A stretch of 32,000 bases of DNA from Mucisphaera calidilacus (GTDB lineage Bacteria; Planctomycetota; Phycisphaerae; Phycisphaerales; Phycisphaeraceae). The notes beneath the pieces are model-generated. The model did no database searches, had not been told where the DNA came from, and was given only the letters and a program-made list of their open reading frames with translations. Positions 1-8,446 of the stretch are shown piece after piece. Numbering within the stretch: the stretch's first letter is position 1; the number at the start of each line of letters is the position of its first letter. A program made the translations under genes and the position numbers. The stretch is from NCBI RefSeq assembly GCF_007748075.1, contig NZ_CP036280.1, forward strand, positions 1,500,001 to 1,532,000, written 5' to 3'.

Positions 1-289
1 ACCCCTTCACCGTCGCCGAAATGTCGATCTTCGAACCCGGATACTGCCCCCACGTCCCGTCCGCCCGCTGCTGACGACGCAGATACGCCGTGATCTGAGG
101 CAGCCTCGGGTCGTCCTCCTGCCCCAGAATCCACTTCATGAGGATGTACTCGGACTGCAGAATCGAGTCGCCCTCAAGCTCCGCGCACCAGTGCCCGTCG
201 CCATGCTGCAGACTCAGCAGCTTGCCGACCGCCGCATCCAGACCACGCTTTACGCGACCCTTCAAACCCTGCGTCGGCGGGCGTGTCAT
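1..289 (-). CDS. shc: squalene-hopene cyclase, N-terminal fragment (gene continues past the left window edge)
   Basis: Absent from the supplied ORF track because there is no stop in the window. Manual reverse translation from ATG at 289-287 gives MTRPPTQGLKGRVKRGLDAAVGKLLSLQHGDGHWCAELEGDSILQSEYILMKWILGQEDDPRLPQITAYLRRQQRADGTWGQYPGSKIDISATVKG. The LLSLQ..DGHWC.ELEGD..L.SEYIL and QQ..DG.W..YPG segments match the conserved N-terminus of bacterial SHC. An in-frame stop lies upstream at 376-374. Confidence 0.8.
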   Translation of the reverse strand, partial: MTRPPTQGLKGRVKRGLDAAVGKLLSLQHGDGHWCAELEGDSILQSEYILMKWILGQEDDPRLPQITAYLRRQQRADGTWGQYPGSKIDISATVKG

Positions 290-477
290 CTCGGCATCCG
301 TGGCCTGGGGAACAGCGGTATCCAAAGTCAGTAATCCTCGGTGTGCGGGACGAAGTCTTCGTAAACCGCCAGTTTAATGGACCGGAGCCAATAGAGCGAT
401 GATCTCGGCCAGAACCCATGCCTCGACGACATCGCACAACGCCAAATCACAAATCATCCCCGCGCCTCCCGCCAATA

Positions 478-506
478 GAAAAACGCGGCCCCGCGAAAGG
501 GCCGCG
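478..506 (-). terminator. rho-independent terminator downstream of the LamG-like gene
   Basis: 8-bp GC stem (484-491 cgcggccc / 499-506 gggccgcg) with a 7-nt loop. On the - strand it is followed directly by TTTTT (complement of aaaaa 479-483). It lies 35 nt after the stop at 541. Confidence 0.7.
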
Positions 507-540
507 CTCCTCCATCCTCAATCATCGGGTCGAAACGCGA

Positions 541-1422
541 TCAGCGGCGACGCAGAGCGATCAGGCCGCCCAGACTCACCAGCACGAACGACGCCGGCTC
601 CGGCACAAAACCGCCGTCAGCCACGAAGATCCGGTTCAACGCGTCAACATCGAGCGCCTCATCCCAGACACGCACGTTGTCCTGGTAGCCATTCAACGAC
701 GTATCAGCCGTCGGGGCCGCCGAAGTAAAACCGATGCCGAACTCCGTGTTCGCACCGCCATCACCCGACACCGGACCGATACCACCCGTCGAAGCCACGC
801 CTGCGACAGCCAACGGGCTGTTCAGATCGCCCACATAGAACGTGATGTTGTTGCTCGCAACCGACAGATCAACACTGACCGCCAGGAAAACCCACTGATC
901 AGCCGCGTCAATGTCCATCTGGTCCTGAAATCCCGCGCCAAAACCGTTGTTGGCACCGACAAACAGGGCCGTTCGCACATTGTCAACACCACGGTCACCC
1001 GTGTTCGGGTTGTTCAGGTTCCACGACGGCCCGGGGAACGAACCGCCGCCTTGCTCCGACATCAGACGGACATTCGACGATCCACCCTGATCCGCATTCA
1101 AACCCTGAATGTTGATCCAGGTCGAGAGCGTGAACGTGTTCAGGCCATCCACGATGTCGATGTCACCGGCCGAAAAAACGCTCCCGCTGCCCGCCGCGGT
1201 CAGATCAGCCGCAAAACCCGAGCCGGAAGGCGTGTCCGCAACACGACCGGCGGTCGCGCCGACGCTGCCGTCCGCAGCTGCGCCAAGCGTGCCCGAGTTC
1301 AACGCATCGCCCGCAGCCTCATCAAACGTCCACTCAAGCAGCAACGCCGCCGAAGCACACGGGGTCAGGCTCAGGCCAGCCACGGCAGCCAGAGCACAAG
1401 CCAAAGTCTTCTGAGTCTTCAT
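541..1422 (-). CDS. secreted LamG/concanavalin-A-like lectin domain protein with PEP-CTERM sorting tail
   Basis: ORF 541..1482 trimmed to ATG 1422, which gives the signal peptide MKTQKTLACALAAVAGLSL. RBS GAGGAG is the complement of 1429-1434. Laminin_G_3-like pattern: FTLSTWINI, WVFLAVSVD, ITFYVGD, DNVRVWDEAL. C-terminus VPEPASFVLVSLGGLIALRRR is a PEP-CTERM signal. Confidence 0.85.
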   Translation of the reverse strand: MKTQKTLACALAAVAGLSLTPCASAALLLEWTFDEAAGDALNSGTLGAAADGSVGATAGRVADTPSGSGFAADLTAAGSGSVFSAGDIDIVDGLNTFTLSTWINIQGLNADQGGSSNVRLMSEQGGGSFPGPSWNLNNPNTGDRGVDNVRTALFVGANNGFGAGFQDQMDIDAADQWVFLAVSVDLSVASNNITFYVGDLNSPLAVAGVASTGGIGPVSGDGGANTEFGIGFTSAAPTADTSLNGYQDNVRVWDEALDVDALNRIFVADGGFVPEPASFVLVSLGGLIALRRR

Positions 1423-1655
1423 CAATCTCTCCTCATTCTCGAATAGATGTCGCAGGGGTACAGACCAAAAAACACGATTCATAAACCTGTCACACTATAA
1501 ATCACCAACCGACCCTCCGGAAGATCAATCCGACGGATTAGACCGAAAAACACATAAACCCCGCCAGAACCTAGACTTATTCAAATATGAACGCAAGAAT
1601 ATGTTATGAATTGTACATAACTTATATTATCGGACTCTGGATCGTTCACCTGTGG

Positions 1656-2270
1656 TCAAGCCCGACGCAGCATCATTGACCACGCCACCCCGATCCCCTC
1701 CGGCAACGCCTCGCACTCCTGCTCAAAAACCCGAGCAGCCAGCGTCCCCGACGTATCGTCATCCAGAACCGGGCAGCAACGCTGCACCAGAATCGGCCCG
1801 TTGTCATACGCATCATCCGCGAGATGCACCGTACAACCCGACACCTTGCAGCCCGCCTTCAACACCGCCTCGTGAACGTTATCCCCGTACATCCCCGGTC
1901 CGCCGAAACTCGGCAGCAGCGCCGGGTGAATGTTCAGCACCCGACCCTCGAAGTCCGGCGCAATCCTCAACAAACTCAACCAGCCCGCAAGCACAACCAG
2001 ATCCACACCCGCCGCCCGACAACGGTCAAAAACCACGTCCGAGAAATCCTCACGATGGTCAAAATCCTGCGACCGGATACGCACAATCGGCACGTCGCCG
2101 TGAAGATCACGCTCGCACGCCGCCTCGTCCGCCTTCGTATTCGAAGCGATCACCAGATCAATCGACGCCGTGAGCCGACCATCCGCGATCCGATCCGCCA
2201 GATTCTGCAGCGAACGGCCACCACCCGAAACCAGCACCGCCAGACGTGGACCAACCTGTGAATCAGACAT
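1656..2270 (-). CDS. purN: phosphoribosylglycinamide formyltransferase
   Basis: ORF 1656..2324 trimmed to ATG 2270 (MSDSQVGPRLAVLVSGGGRSLQNL). PurN hallmarks present: LVSGGG.., LAGWL, NIHPALLPSFGG, VHLADDAYDNGPIL. Confidence 0.9.
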   Translation of the reverse strand: MSDSQVGPRLAVLVSGGGRSLQNLADRIADGRLTASIDLVIASNTKADEAACERDLHGDVPIVRIRSQDFDHREDFSDVVFDRCRAAGVDLVVLAGWLSLLRIAPDFEGRVLNIHPALLPSFGGPGMYGDNVHEAVLKAGCKVSGCTVHLADDAYDNGPILVQRCCPVLDDDTSGTLAARVFEQECEALPEGIGVAWSMMLRRA

Positions 2271-3274
2271 ACCGATACGATAACGACTTGTCCGCTCCAG
2301 CCACACCCGCAACCCGCCTCGCACCCTCGCCCACCGGAGCGCTGCACCTCGGCAACGCCCGAACCTTCCTCATCAACTGGGCCCTCGCCACGCAGAACAA
2401 CTGGCGCATCATCCTCCGCATCGAAGACCTCGACGGCCCACGCATCAAGCAAGGCAGCGACCTCGGCGCGATCGACACCCTCCGCTGGCTCGGCATCACG
2501 TGGCACGACGGCCCGCACTACCAGGCCGCCGACCTCACGCCCTACACCCACGCTATGCAGACCCTCCTCGATCAACGCCTCATCTACCCCTGCCCCGCCA
2601 CCCGCAAAGAAATCGAGGCCTCCCTCTCAGCACCCCACGCCGACGACCACGAACGCCGCTACCCCGGATTCCACCGCCCGACCACCGATGCCGACTGGCA
2701 ACGTGTCCAGCAACACGCCAACGACCGCGGTCTCCTCAACGAGGGTGACTGGGCCTGGCGTCTGATCGTCCCCGATCAACCCATCACCATCCACGACACC
2801 TTCGCACCGCCCGCCCGGGTCAACGTCCAGCAGCAGGTCGGCGACTTCGTCATCGCCTCCAAGGCCGGACTCCCCGCCTACCAGCTCGCCGTCGTCGTCG
2901 ACGACGCACGCCAGAGCATCACCCACGTCGTCCGAGGCGACGACCTGCTCCACGCCTCCGCACGACAGCACTGGCTCTACAAGTTTCTCGGTCAGGAAGA
3001 CCTCATCCCCAGCTACACCCACCTGCCGCTCGTCGTTGGTCCCGACGGACGACGACTCGCCAAGCGCCACGGCGACACACGCATCGCATCCTTCCGTGAC
3101 GCCGGTGTCCCCCCCGAACGCATCGTCGGCCTCATCGCATACCAGGCCGGCATCACCCAACAACGCACACCCATGACCGCGGCTCAATTCGCCACAGAAT
3201 TCTCACTCGACACACTCCCCCGCACGCCCGTAACCTGCACGCAGGAGGACACCGATTGGCTGCTCGCGCCCTGA
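2246..3274 (+). CDS. gluQ: glutamyl-Q tRNA(Asp) synthetase (GluRS catalytic-domain paralog)
   Basis: RLAPSPTGALHLGNARTF (HIGH-type motif), YQLAVVVDD, VVRGDDLL, RLAKRHGD (KMSKS equivalent). About 340 aa with no anticodon-binding domain, which is the YadB/GluQ-RS architecture. Start is uncertain: ATG 2246 overlaps the purN start, and in-frame TTG 2288 gives an E. coli-like N-terminal length. Confidence 0.85.
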   Translation: MDQPVNQTYRYDNDLSAPATPATRLAPSPTGALHLGNARTFLINWALATQNNWRIILRIEDLDGPRIKQGSDLGAIDTLRWLGITWHDGPHYQAADLTPYTHAMQTLLDQRLIYPCPATRKEIEASLSAPHADDHERRYPGFHRPTTDADWQRVQQHANDRGLLNEGDWAWRLIVPDQPITIHDTFAPPARVNVQQQVGDFVIASKAGLPAYQLAVVVDDARQSITHVVRGDDLLHASARQHWLYKFLGQEDLIPSYTHLPLVVGPDGRRLAKRHGDTRIASFRDAGVPPERIVGLIAYQAGITQQRTPMTAAQFATEFSLDTLPRTPVTCTQEDTDWLLAP

Positions 3275-3762
3275 CCATCCTGCTCATCACCACCCTGTTC
3301 GCCGCCGGCTGCGATCCCGCGCCCAAGTCACCCGAGCAGATCCGCCAGGCCATCGCCGACGCCGACATCCAACCCGTCACCATCAACGGCAAAACCTTCA
3401 ATCTCGAAATCGCCGCCACACACGACAAACGCGTACAGGGCCTCTCCGACAGGGAGTCCATCGCCGACGACGGCGGCATGATCTTCGTCTTCAAAGCACC
3501 CGCACGACGTGCCTTTGTCATGCGACGCTGCCTCGTACCCATCGACATCCTCTTTCTCGATCCAGACGGCACAATCGTCAGAAGCCACGCCATGAAGGTC
3601 GAGCCCTACGACCGCAGCGAACTCGCCCTCAAACGCTACAACTCTCGCTGGCCCGCCCAGTTCGCCATCGAACTCCAGGGCGGAATGATCGAAAAACTCG
3701 GCATCGAAGACGGACAAACCATCGATCTCCCACTCGACAAGCTCAAGGCCCTCGCCGAGTAG
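3256..3762 (+). CDS. DUF192 domain lipoprotein
   Basis: TTG start 6 nt after a strong RBS GGAGGA (3244-3249). Lipobox LFAAGC. DUF192-like pattern: RVQGLSDR..DDGGMIFVF...FVMRRCLVPIDILFLD.DG.IV, ending FAIELQGG. Overlaps the gluQ 3' end by 19 nt. Confidence 0.8.
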   Translation: MAARALTILLITTLFAAGCDPAPKSPEQIRQAIADADIQPVTINGKTFNLEIAATHDKRVQGLSDRESIADDGGMIFVFKAPARRAFVMRRCLVPIDILFLDPDGTIVRSHAMKVEPYDRSELALKRYNSRWPAQFAIELQGGMIEKLGIEDGQTIDLPLDKLKALAE

Positions 3763-3817
3763 CCCGATAAACCAATTATCACTCCGGGATTTCTGCCCAC
3801 CAGCTGAGGGCTGACAC

Positions 3818-5008
3818 ATGCAGGACGGGTCGCTCCTTATCGTCGACGACGGAAATCTAAACGTCGCTCAACTCGACATCAAGAATATGCTCGGCAACTG
3901 GTCCATCAAGGATCGACCCGAGATCACCATCGGCGGCATCAACACACTGCTCAACGGCAGCCGACCCGCCGCCTGCTGGATCAGACTCCACCACCCCGAA
4001 GCCGACCACTACTTCGAAGCACTCGACTACCTCGAAGTCAACAACATCCCCTCCATGTTCACACGCTGGCCCGAACGCCGTGGCTTCGGACGACTCGACC
4101 GCCCAGGCGTCGTCATCTGCCCACCCAACACCGATTCCACACGCGCCTGCGCCATGCTCCAGGGCATCATCAGCCAGGCAAGCCTCCTCGCACTCATCAC
4201 CGACGAGATGAAAGACATCCAGCGCCAGCAGGAAGGCCTCGCTCAGCAGATCAACAAGATCGACGAGGAACTCCGACTCGCAGCCCAACTCCAACGCGAG
4301 TTCCTCCCCGCCTCCCTGCCCACGCTCGACGAACTCAGCTTCCAGGTCCTCTGGCGCCCCGCCGGCTACGTCAGCGGCGACATCTACGACGCAAGACAGA
4401 TCGACGACCGACACCTCGCCTTCTTCGTCGCCGATGCCGTCGGTCATGGCGTACCCGCCGCCCTTCTCACCGTCTACATCCGACAGTCGCTCCAGCAGGC
4501 CCTGCTCCCCATCAGCGTCACCGGACGCACACAACCCATCGAGCCGGGCGAAGCCCTCGACCGACTCAACCAGGAACTACTCGCACGACAGGACGACCAG
4601 GTCCGCTTCGCTACCGCCGTCTTCGGCCTCTACGACAAACAGACACGCACCGTACGACTCTGCCGCGCAGGTCACCCCCTGCCCCTGATCATCGCCAGCG
4701 ACGGCTCGCAACAGACGATCTCCGACTGCGACGGACCCCTGCTCGGCGTATTCGAAGACGCAGAATTCACCACCGCCGAAGTCCAACTCGACCCGGGCGA
4801 CCGACTCGTTATCTACTCCGACGGCTTCGAGATGGCCTTCCCCGACGCCGAGACGGGCACCGCCAACAACCGCTACCTCGAAGCCTTCAACGACCTCGCC
4901 TCCGAACCCGCCGAGACATCGATGCTGCGCTTCGAAGACCGACTCACACAGCAGTCCGGCTCACTCCACCAGCAGGACGACATGACGCTCCTCTGCCTCG
5001 CGGCGTAG
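3818..5008 (+). CDS. PP2C/SpoIIE-family serine phosphatase with N-terminal receiver-like domain
   Basis: RsbU/SpoIIE pattern: LQREFLP.., GYVSGDIYD, FFVADAVGHGVPAALL, LCRAGHPLPL, LVIYSDGF, DDMTLLCL. The N-terminus starts LLIVDD like a response-regulator receiver. Confidence 0.85.
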   Translation: MQDGSLLIVDDGNLNVAQLDIKNMLGNWSIKDRPEITIGGINTLLNGSRPAACWIRLHHPEADHYFEALDYLEVNNIPSMFTRWPERRGFGRLDRPGVVICPPNTDSTRACAMLQGIISQASLLALITDEMKDIQRQQEGLAQQINKIDEELRLAAQLQREFLPASLPTLDELSFQVLWRPAGYVSGDIYDARQIDDRHLAFFVADAVGHGVPAALLTVYIRQSLQQALLPISVTGRTQPIEPGEALDRLNQELLARQDDQVRFATAVFGLYDKQTRTVRLCRAGHPLPLIIASDGSQQTISDCDGPLLGVFEDAEFTTAEVQLDPGDRLVIYSDGFEMAFPDAETGTANNRYLEAFNDLASEPAETSMLRFEDRLTQQSGSLHQQDDMTLLCLAA

Positions 5009-5121
5009 ATGCGGGATATCCCTAATTTTGGGGTTACCCTTATTCTAAAAACCAGAATCTAATAATTGCCTAGTCCATGACGTCGCAGTATGCTGGTCGT
5101 ATCCTGTAGAGGAGAAGCGTC

Positions 5122-5874
5122 ATGAAATCATGGTTCGGGTCGTTTGTCGTCACACTCTTGTTCTCGCTCTGCACGTCATCCGTGAACGCAGATGCAGTGC
5201 GCGTGATTGCCGCAGGTGATTCCATCACCGATGGTTACGCCTACCAAAGAATGCGGCTCCAACGCGCTCTGGATACCGTCAGCATCGATTGCACCGCCAT
5301 GCACGCCGCATACTCCGGCCGTAAGGCTCAGGATTTTATCAACGAAGGGGGAATCAACGCGACGCTCGACAAAGATCCCGACGTCATCCTCCTCATGCTC
5401 GGAACCAACGACGCTCTCCGGGCTAGCTTCTCAGCCCCCGACACCTACTTCGACGACTACACGCTTGCGATGTCCTCCATCTTCGAAGCCGTCCACGCCT
5501 TTACCAACACCCGAGGCGAATCCCCCGAGATCATCCTGCTCAACCTCATCCCCGTCATCGATAAGCCCGCACTGCCGGGATCGGTGAATATCGATTTTGC
5601 CAACCAAGCCATCGAAGCCTTCAACACCTGGCTCGAGCAACAGGCTCAGCAACATGGTTACTCCCTCTTCGACACCTACACACTCATCACCTCGCAGCCC
5701 GACTGGCAGGACATGTACAACGACGGCATACACCTCTGGGGGGACGACGAACGCGGGTATGACCTCATGGCCGACCAACTCGCACAGCAGGTCGAAACCG
5801 TGATGCTCCCAGAGCCTATCGCAGCAAGCTCACTCATGATCCTGCTCGCCACAACTCGGCTACGCCAACGCTAA
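5122..5874 (+). CDS. SGNH/GDSL-family hydrolase with PEP-CTERM tail
   Basis: RBS GAGGAGA upstream of ATG 5122. Signal peptide present. Block I is AAGDSITDG, block III is LGTNDA, block V is DGIHLW. C-terminus LPEPIAASSLMILLATTRLRQR is PEP-CTERM-like. Confidence 0.85.
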   Translation: MKSWFGSFVVTLLFSLCTSSVNADAVRVIAAGDSITDGYAYQRMRLQRALDTVSIDCTAMHAAYSGRKAQDFINEGGINATLDKDPDVILLMLGTNDALRASFSAPDTYFDDYTLAMSSIFEAVHAFTNTRGESPEIILLNLIPVIDKPALPGSVNIDFANQAIEAFNTWLEQQAQQHGYSLFDTYTLITSQPDWQDMYNDGIHLWGDDERGYDLMADQLAQQVETVMLPEPIAASSLMILLATTRLRQR

Positions 5875-6530
5875 TCCCCAAACCCCGCCCGTTTCAAAAG
5901 ATCCATATCCACAGGCTCCTCCGACGCGCTCATCGCACGCAGCGTGTGGCCGATCGCCTTCACCAGCACGTCACCCTCCAGATTCACCGTATCCCCAACC
6001 TTCAACGACCCGAGCGTCGTCACCTCCAGCGTCGTCGGGATCAACGCGATCGTGATCGTCTCGGCATCGCGGTCCGCCAGCGTCAGCGACACCCCATCAA
6101 TACACACCGACCCCTTCGCCACCATCCAGGCCATCATCGACGCCGGCGGCCGGATCGTCAGACGCCAGTCCGCAGGATCAGCATCGATCGCCGTCACCGC
6201 CCCCACGCCATCCACGTGACCCTGAACGAAATGCCCGCCCATCGGCTGCGTCGGCAGCACCGCCGGCTCCAGATTCACACGACTCCCCCGCTCCAGACGC
6301 CCAAGACTCGTCTTCGCCAGCGTCTCCGAGATCACGTCAAACCCGAACACGCCACCCTCGATCGCCGCCAGCGTCAGACAGACACCCGATACCGCGATCG
6401 AGTCCCCCAACGCCGGCCGATAACCTCGATCCGGAACCCAACCCTCCGTATCAATCTCGAGGCGAACACCCGCTCCGGTCGGCGTCAACGCCGCCACAGA
6501 GCCCATCGTCTGTACGATTCCCGTAAACAT
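5871..6530 (-). CDS. ribE: riboflavin synthase alpha chain
   Basis: MFTGIVQ..G start, GDSIAVSGVCLT and GSVCIDGVSLT (two lumazine-binding repeats), 219 aa. Confidence 0.92.
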   Translation of the reverse strand: MFTGIVQTMGSVAALTPTGAGVRLEIDTEGWVPDRGYRPALGDSIAVSGVCLTLAAIEGGVFGFDVISETLAKTSLGRLERGSRVNLEPAVLPTQPMGGHFVQGHVDGVGAVTAIDADPADWRLTIRPPASMMAWMVAKGSVCIDGVSLTLADRDAETITIALIPTTLEVTTLGSLKVGDTVNLEGDVLVKAIGHTLRAMSASEEPVDMDLLKRAGFGD

Positions 6531-6648
6531 GCCCCCAGCATAGCCGCACCGACGCTCCAGAACCGGGTGCGACCCGCCGATGTCGAGTAAACTGCCCGGC
6601 TTGACCGAACCAACCCCGACACCGATCGAAACTCAGGACGAAGACGAC

Positions 6649-8436
6649 ATGTCCCTCAGAACGCACACCTGCGGCGCCCTCCGTGCCGACCACGTCGACC
6701 AGACCGTCTCACTCTGCGGATGGGTCAACAGCTACCGCGACCACGGCGGCGTCATCTTCATCGACCTGCGCGACCGCGAAGGCATCACCCAGGTCGTCTT
6801 CCACCCCGAGAACGCCGACGCACACGCCACCGGCGACCGCCTCCGCAACGAGGACGTCGTCCGCATCACCGGCACCTGCCTCCGCCGCGAGGAGGGCATG
6901 GCCAACCCCAAACTCGTCACCGGCGAGATCGAGGTCGACGCCCGACAGGTCGAGATCCTCAATAAGGCCGACACACCCCCCTTCACGCCCGACGACGCCG
7001 CACGCACCGGCGAGGAAACACGACTGCGCTACCGATTCATCGACATGCGCCGACCGGCCATGCAGAACATCCTCCGCACACGACACCGCGTCGCCAAACT
7101 CATGCGCGACTACTTCGACGAGAACGGCTTCTACGAGGTCGAAACCCCCTTCCTCTGCCGATCCACACCCGAAGGCGCACGCGACTTCCTCGTCCCCAGC
7201 CGACTCCAGCCCGGCGAGTTCTACGCGCTGCCCCAGAGCCCCCAGCTCTTCAAGCAGATCCTCATGTCAGGCGGCATCGACAAATACTTCCAGATCGTCC
7301 GCTGCTTCCGCGACGAAGACCCCCGCGCCGACCGCCAGGCCGAGTTCACCCAGCTCGACGTCGAGATGAGCTTCATCGACCAGGAAGACGTCATGAACAC
7401 CCACGAGGGGCTCATGCGCCGCATCTGGAAGGAAGTCCTCGACGTCGACGTCCCCGAAATCCGCCGCATGACCTACGCCGAAGCCATGAACCGCTACGGC
7501 TCCGACCGACCCGACCTCCGCTTCGACCTCGAACTCATCGACGTCACCGACATCGCCAAAGGCACCGACTTCAAGGTCTTCACCGCCTCCATCGAAGCAG
7601 GCGGCATCGTCAAGGCCATCCGTGTCCCCGGCGGCGCCAAACTCTCCCGCAAGGAAACCGACACCCTTGCCGAGTGGGTCAAGCAGTTCGGTGCCGGCGG
7701 CCTGCCCGTCTCCAAACGCGAAAACGGCGCCTGGTCCACCGGCATCGCCAAGTTCATCGAACCCGTCGGCGACGCCCTCGCCGAACGGCTCGGCGCACAG
7801 GACGGCGACCTCGTCTGCTTCGGCGTCAGCAACAAACCCGCCGTCGTCCACCGCGTCCTCGGCGAACTCCGCATACGACTCGCACACGACCTCGGCATGA
7901 TCCGCGACGACCAGTGGGAATGGCTCTGGGTCATCGACTTCCCCCTCGTCGAGTGGGACGACGACCGCAAACGCTGGCACTCCCTCCACCACCCCTTCAC
8001 CAGCCCCAACCCCGAGGACATGGACAAGCTCGAGTCCGACACCGCCAACGTCCGATCCTGGGCCTACGACCTCGTTCTCAACGGATCCGAACTCGGCGGC
8101 GGCTCCGTCCGTATCCACGACACCGAAACCCAGAAACGCGTCTTCAAGGTCCTGGGCATCGACGAGGAAGAAGCACGAGCCAAATTCGGCTTCCTCCTCG
8201 ACGCACTACGCTTCGGCGCCCCGCCCCACGGCGGAATCGCCTTCGGTCTCGACCGCATCGTCATGCACCTCTGCGGGACCACCAACATCCGCGACGTCAT
8301 CGCCTTCCCCAAAACGCAGAACGGAGCCGACCTCCTCACCGAAGCGCCCTCCGAGGTCGACCTCGAACAGCTCAAGGAACTCCACCTCCGCGTCAACCTG
8401 CCCCAGCCCGCCGCCACACCCACGCCCACCGCCTAG
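6649..8436 (+). CDS. aspS: aspartate--tRNA ligase (bacterial type)
   Basis: MSLRTHTCGALR...V.LCGWV...RDHGGVIFIDLRD..G..QVVF, FYALPQSPQLFKQ, QIVRCFRDEDPRADRQ.EFTQLD.EM, GGGS.RIH, PPHGG.A.GLDR. ATG 6649 gives 595 aa, which is typical. The ORF also opens at ATG 6580, adding 23 low-complexity residues. Confidence 0.93.
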   Translation: MSLRTHTCGALRADHVDQTVSLCGWVNSYRDHGGVIFIDLRDREGITQVVFHPENADAHATGDRLRNEDVVRITGTCLRREEGMANPKLVTGEIEVDARQVEILNKADTPPFTPDDAARTGEETRLRYRFIDMRRPAMQNILRTRHRVAKLMRDYFDENGFYEVETPFLCRSTPEGARDFLVPSRLQPGEFYALPQSPQLFKQILMSGGIDKYFQIVRCFRDEDPRADRQAEFTQLDVEMSFIDQEDVMNTHEGLMRRIWKEVLDVDVPEIRRMTYAEAMNRYGSDRPDLRFDLELIDVTDIAKGTDFKVFTASIEAGGIVKAIRVPGGAKLSRKETDTLAEWVKQFGAGGLPVSKRENGAWSTGIAKFIEPVGDALAERLGAQDGDLVCFGVSNKPAVVHRVLGELRIRLAHDLGMIRDDQWEWLWVIDFPLVEWDDDRKRWHSLHHPFTSPNPEDMDKLESDTANVRSWAYDLVLNGSELGGGSVRIHDTETQKRVFKVLGIDEEEARAKFGFLLDALRFGAPPHGGIAFGLDRIVMHLCGTTNIRDVIAFPKTQNGADLLTEAPSEVDLEQLKELHLRVNLPQPAATPTPTA

Positions 8437-8446
8437 AGCCGATCCC

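Noticed and set aside
6531-6648. FMN riboswitch upstream of ribE
   Set aside because: Only ~50-118 nt separate ribE from aspS, which is too short for an FMN element, and I saw no conserved FMN-riboswitch sequence blocks.
6580-6648. 23-codon N-terminal extension of aspS (MSSKLPGLTEPTPTPIETQDEDD)
   Set aside because: AspRS homologues start at the MSLRTH.CG-type sequence. The extension is low-complexity and ATG 6649 gives a typical 595-aa length. The longer form cannot be excluded.
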